Assembly: GCA_030390025.1 (NCBI GenBank)
Contig: CM059432.1
Span: 32,118,001-32,182,000 of the forward strand
DNA: 64,000 bases
DNA from: Squalus acanthias
Taxonomy: Eukaryota
Direction of reading: 5' to 3'
A model generated the notes under the pieces. That model was given only the letters and a program-made list of their open reading frames with translations, was not told the origin of the DNA and ran no database searches. Positions 61,630 to 64,000 of this stretch are shown piece by piece (position 1 is the stretch's first letter; the number at the start of each line of letters is the position of its first letter). Both the position numbers and the translations under genes were made by a program.

Positions 61630-62380
61630 GGCCTAAAAATTTGATTGTGCCTGAAAACTGGCACGCAGGGGGCAGGGCACGCGCTGCATGCGCCTGTTCA
61701 CCTGGGAGCAGGGACCACGTGACTTTTGTGCGGCCAGCTCATTAAAACAAGTCAGGAGTGCAGCTAAACTTACTGCTTATTGGCTGCATGTCTGTTTGGT
61801 GGAGGTGCGGAAATCGAGCTTGACCGACGCCACTTAAAGGCAACCAGCACCTGTTAAAGGGGAGGTGCACTCTGGCTGCAGACAGCAGGGAAACGTCAGG
61901 CAAACATTGACAAGTGGTGACATGAATGCAAGAGATCCAGAGAGGGCATCCAGGTACTCGGATGCAGCATTGGAGGCCCAGGTCCAGGCGGTGCTCAGTA
62001 GGAGGAACATCCTGTTCCCCTCAGGGGGCCAGAAAACCCTCCAGATAACACCTTCGCCTCCAGTGAGAACGGGTCGATGAGTAGGTCAATGCCAGGAGCT
62101 TAGCTCCTTGGACATGACTGCAATGCAGAAAGAAGATCAATGACCTCGCCAGAGGTGTCAAGGTAAGAATCTTATCTTTCTCCTCACACCTGCAGCCTCA
62201 CTACTCACAATAGTCTCCTCCCACGTTTCCTTAACTCTCCCACAATGACTGCACCACACTTTGCAGCACTATTGCAACCTTCACCTCACATTTTCCATGC
62301 TACGTATGAACTATTCGACCTTGACAGCCACATTCTCGAAACACCTCACAAGGATGTCATAAAACGCACCCTTCTATCTT
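61630..62380 (+). mobile_element. Truncated Harbinger element with decayed Myb/SANT exon 1 (61922-62162)
   Basis: GGCCTAAAAATT start; ERASRYSDAALE..RRNILFP; LQCRKKINDL..VK|gtaaga. Confidence 0.8.
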
Positions 62381-62384
62381 AAAA

Positions 62385-64000
62385 TCATAGAATCGTACAG
62401 CATAGAAGGAGCCAATTCGGCCCTTCGTTCCTGTGCCGGCTCTTTGAAAGAGCTACCCAATTAGTCCCACTCCACTGCTCTTTCCCCATAGCCATGCAAT
62501 TTTTTCCTTTTCAAGTATATATCCAATTCCCTTTTGAAAGTTACTATTGAAGCTGCTTTCACCACCGCTTCAGGCAGTGCATTTGCGATCATGACTCGCT
62601 GCATTACCAAAAATTCTCCTCATCGCCTTTCTGGTTCTTTTTGCGATTATCTTTAATCTGTGTCCTCTGGTTACCGACCCTCCTGCCCGTGGAAACAGTC
62701 TTCTTATTTATCAAAACCCTTCATAATACACAAATCACTAAAATGAGCGACACAGGTTGTTAACAAGGCCATAAAAAAAGCAAACATAGCTCTGGGATTC
62801 CTTTCTAGAGGGATAGAATTGAAAAGCAGAGAAGGTATGCTAAACTTGTATAGAACCATGGTTCGACCACATTTGGAGTATTGTGCACAGTTCTGCTCTC
62901 CATATTTTAAAAAGGATATAGAGTAACTGGAGAAGGTACAAAAAAGATTTACAAGGATGATACCAGAACTGAGAGGTTATATCTATCAGGAAAGGTTGAA
63001 CAGATTGGGGCTTTTTTCTCCAGAAAAAGGGCTGAGAGGTGACCTGATAGAGGTCTTTAAGATTATGAAAGGGTTTGATAGGGCAGATGTAAGAAGATGT
63101 TTCCACTTGTAGGTGAGACCAAAACTAGCGGCCATAAATATAAGATAGTCACTAATAAATCCAATAGGGAATTCAAGAGAAACTTCTTTACCCAGAGAGT
63201 GGTTAGAATGTGGTACTCACTACCACAAGGAGTAGTTGAGGTGAATAGCATAGATGCATTTAAGGGGAAACTAGATAGACACATGAGGGAGAAAGGAATA
63301 GAAGATTATTCTGATAGATTTAGATGAAGAGGAGTGCAAAGAGCATAAACACAGGCATGAACTGGTTGGGCTGAATGGCTTTTTTCTGTGTTGTACATTC
63401 TTTGTAATTCTATGTAAATTTTAAACACCACTATTAAATCTCCCCTCAACCTTCTCTACTCCAAGGAGAACAACTCCACCTTCTCTACTCTCTCATTCCC
63501 ACATTACAACAGTAACTACACTCCAAAAGTACTTCATTGGCTGTAAAGCGCTTTGAGACGTCCGGTGGTTGTGAAAGGCACTATATAAATGCAAGTCTTT
63601 CTTTCTTTCTCCACATAATTGAAGTCCCTTATCCCTGGTACCATTCCAGTAAATCTCCTCTGCACCCTCTCCAAGGCCTTGACGTCCTTCCTAAAGTGTG
63701 ATGCCCAGCATTGGACACAATGCTCCAGCTGAGAATTAGCCAGTGACTTATGAGGCTTTAGCACAACTTCCTTGCTTTTGTACTCTATTTATAAAGCCAA
63801 GGATCCTGTATGCATTTTAACAGCCTTGTCCTGCCACCTTCAAAGATTTGTGTCTGTGAACCCCCCAGGTTTCTCTGTTCTTGCACCCTCTTTAAAATTG
63901 TAATAATTTAGTTTATATTGCATCTCCGAGTTTTTCATGCATCAAAATGCATCACTTTCCACTTAAATTTCATCTGCCATCTATCTGTTTATTTCACCAC
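62385..64000. mobile_element. Cluster of CR1 fragments (-: 62385-62727 and 63420-64000; +: 62728-63415) plus a SINE tail (~63495-63610)
   Basis: NFFTQRVVRMWYSLPQGVVE and LEHCVQCWA..RKDVKALERVQRRFT motifs. Confidence 0.85.

Overview
Repeat-dominated vertebrate genomic DNA, almost certainly from a cartilaginous fish, inferred from HE1-type V-SINEs, Deu-domain SacSINE1/AmnSINE1-like SINEs and HER1-like CR1 tails. Most ORFs in the supplied track are spurious or transposon-derived. Host genes: the last two exons of an unidentified + strand gene (1-38, 995-1126) and three phase-compatible exons of an unidentified - strand gene (52260-52085, 23-nt micro-exon 50204-50182, 48083-47884). Mobile elements: (1) two Penelope-like (PLE) families in five TSD-bounded insertions, one with an uninterrupted RT + GIY-YIG ORF and two with inverted-arm (palindromic) structure, carrying minimal hammerhead ribozymes with covarying stems; (2) many PIF/Harbinger elements, including a decayed transposase copy, a transposase-deleted copy that keeps its Myb/SANT gene, and CpG-rich MITEs that share the autonomous copy's end; (3) a ~1.45-kb solo LTR with a foamy-virus-like layout inside a four-level nest; (4) many CR1/L2 LINE and SINE fragments. 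Repeat family names come from pattern recognition, not database searches. Boundaries without a stated TSD or TIR are approximate.
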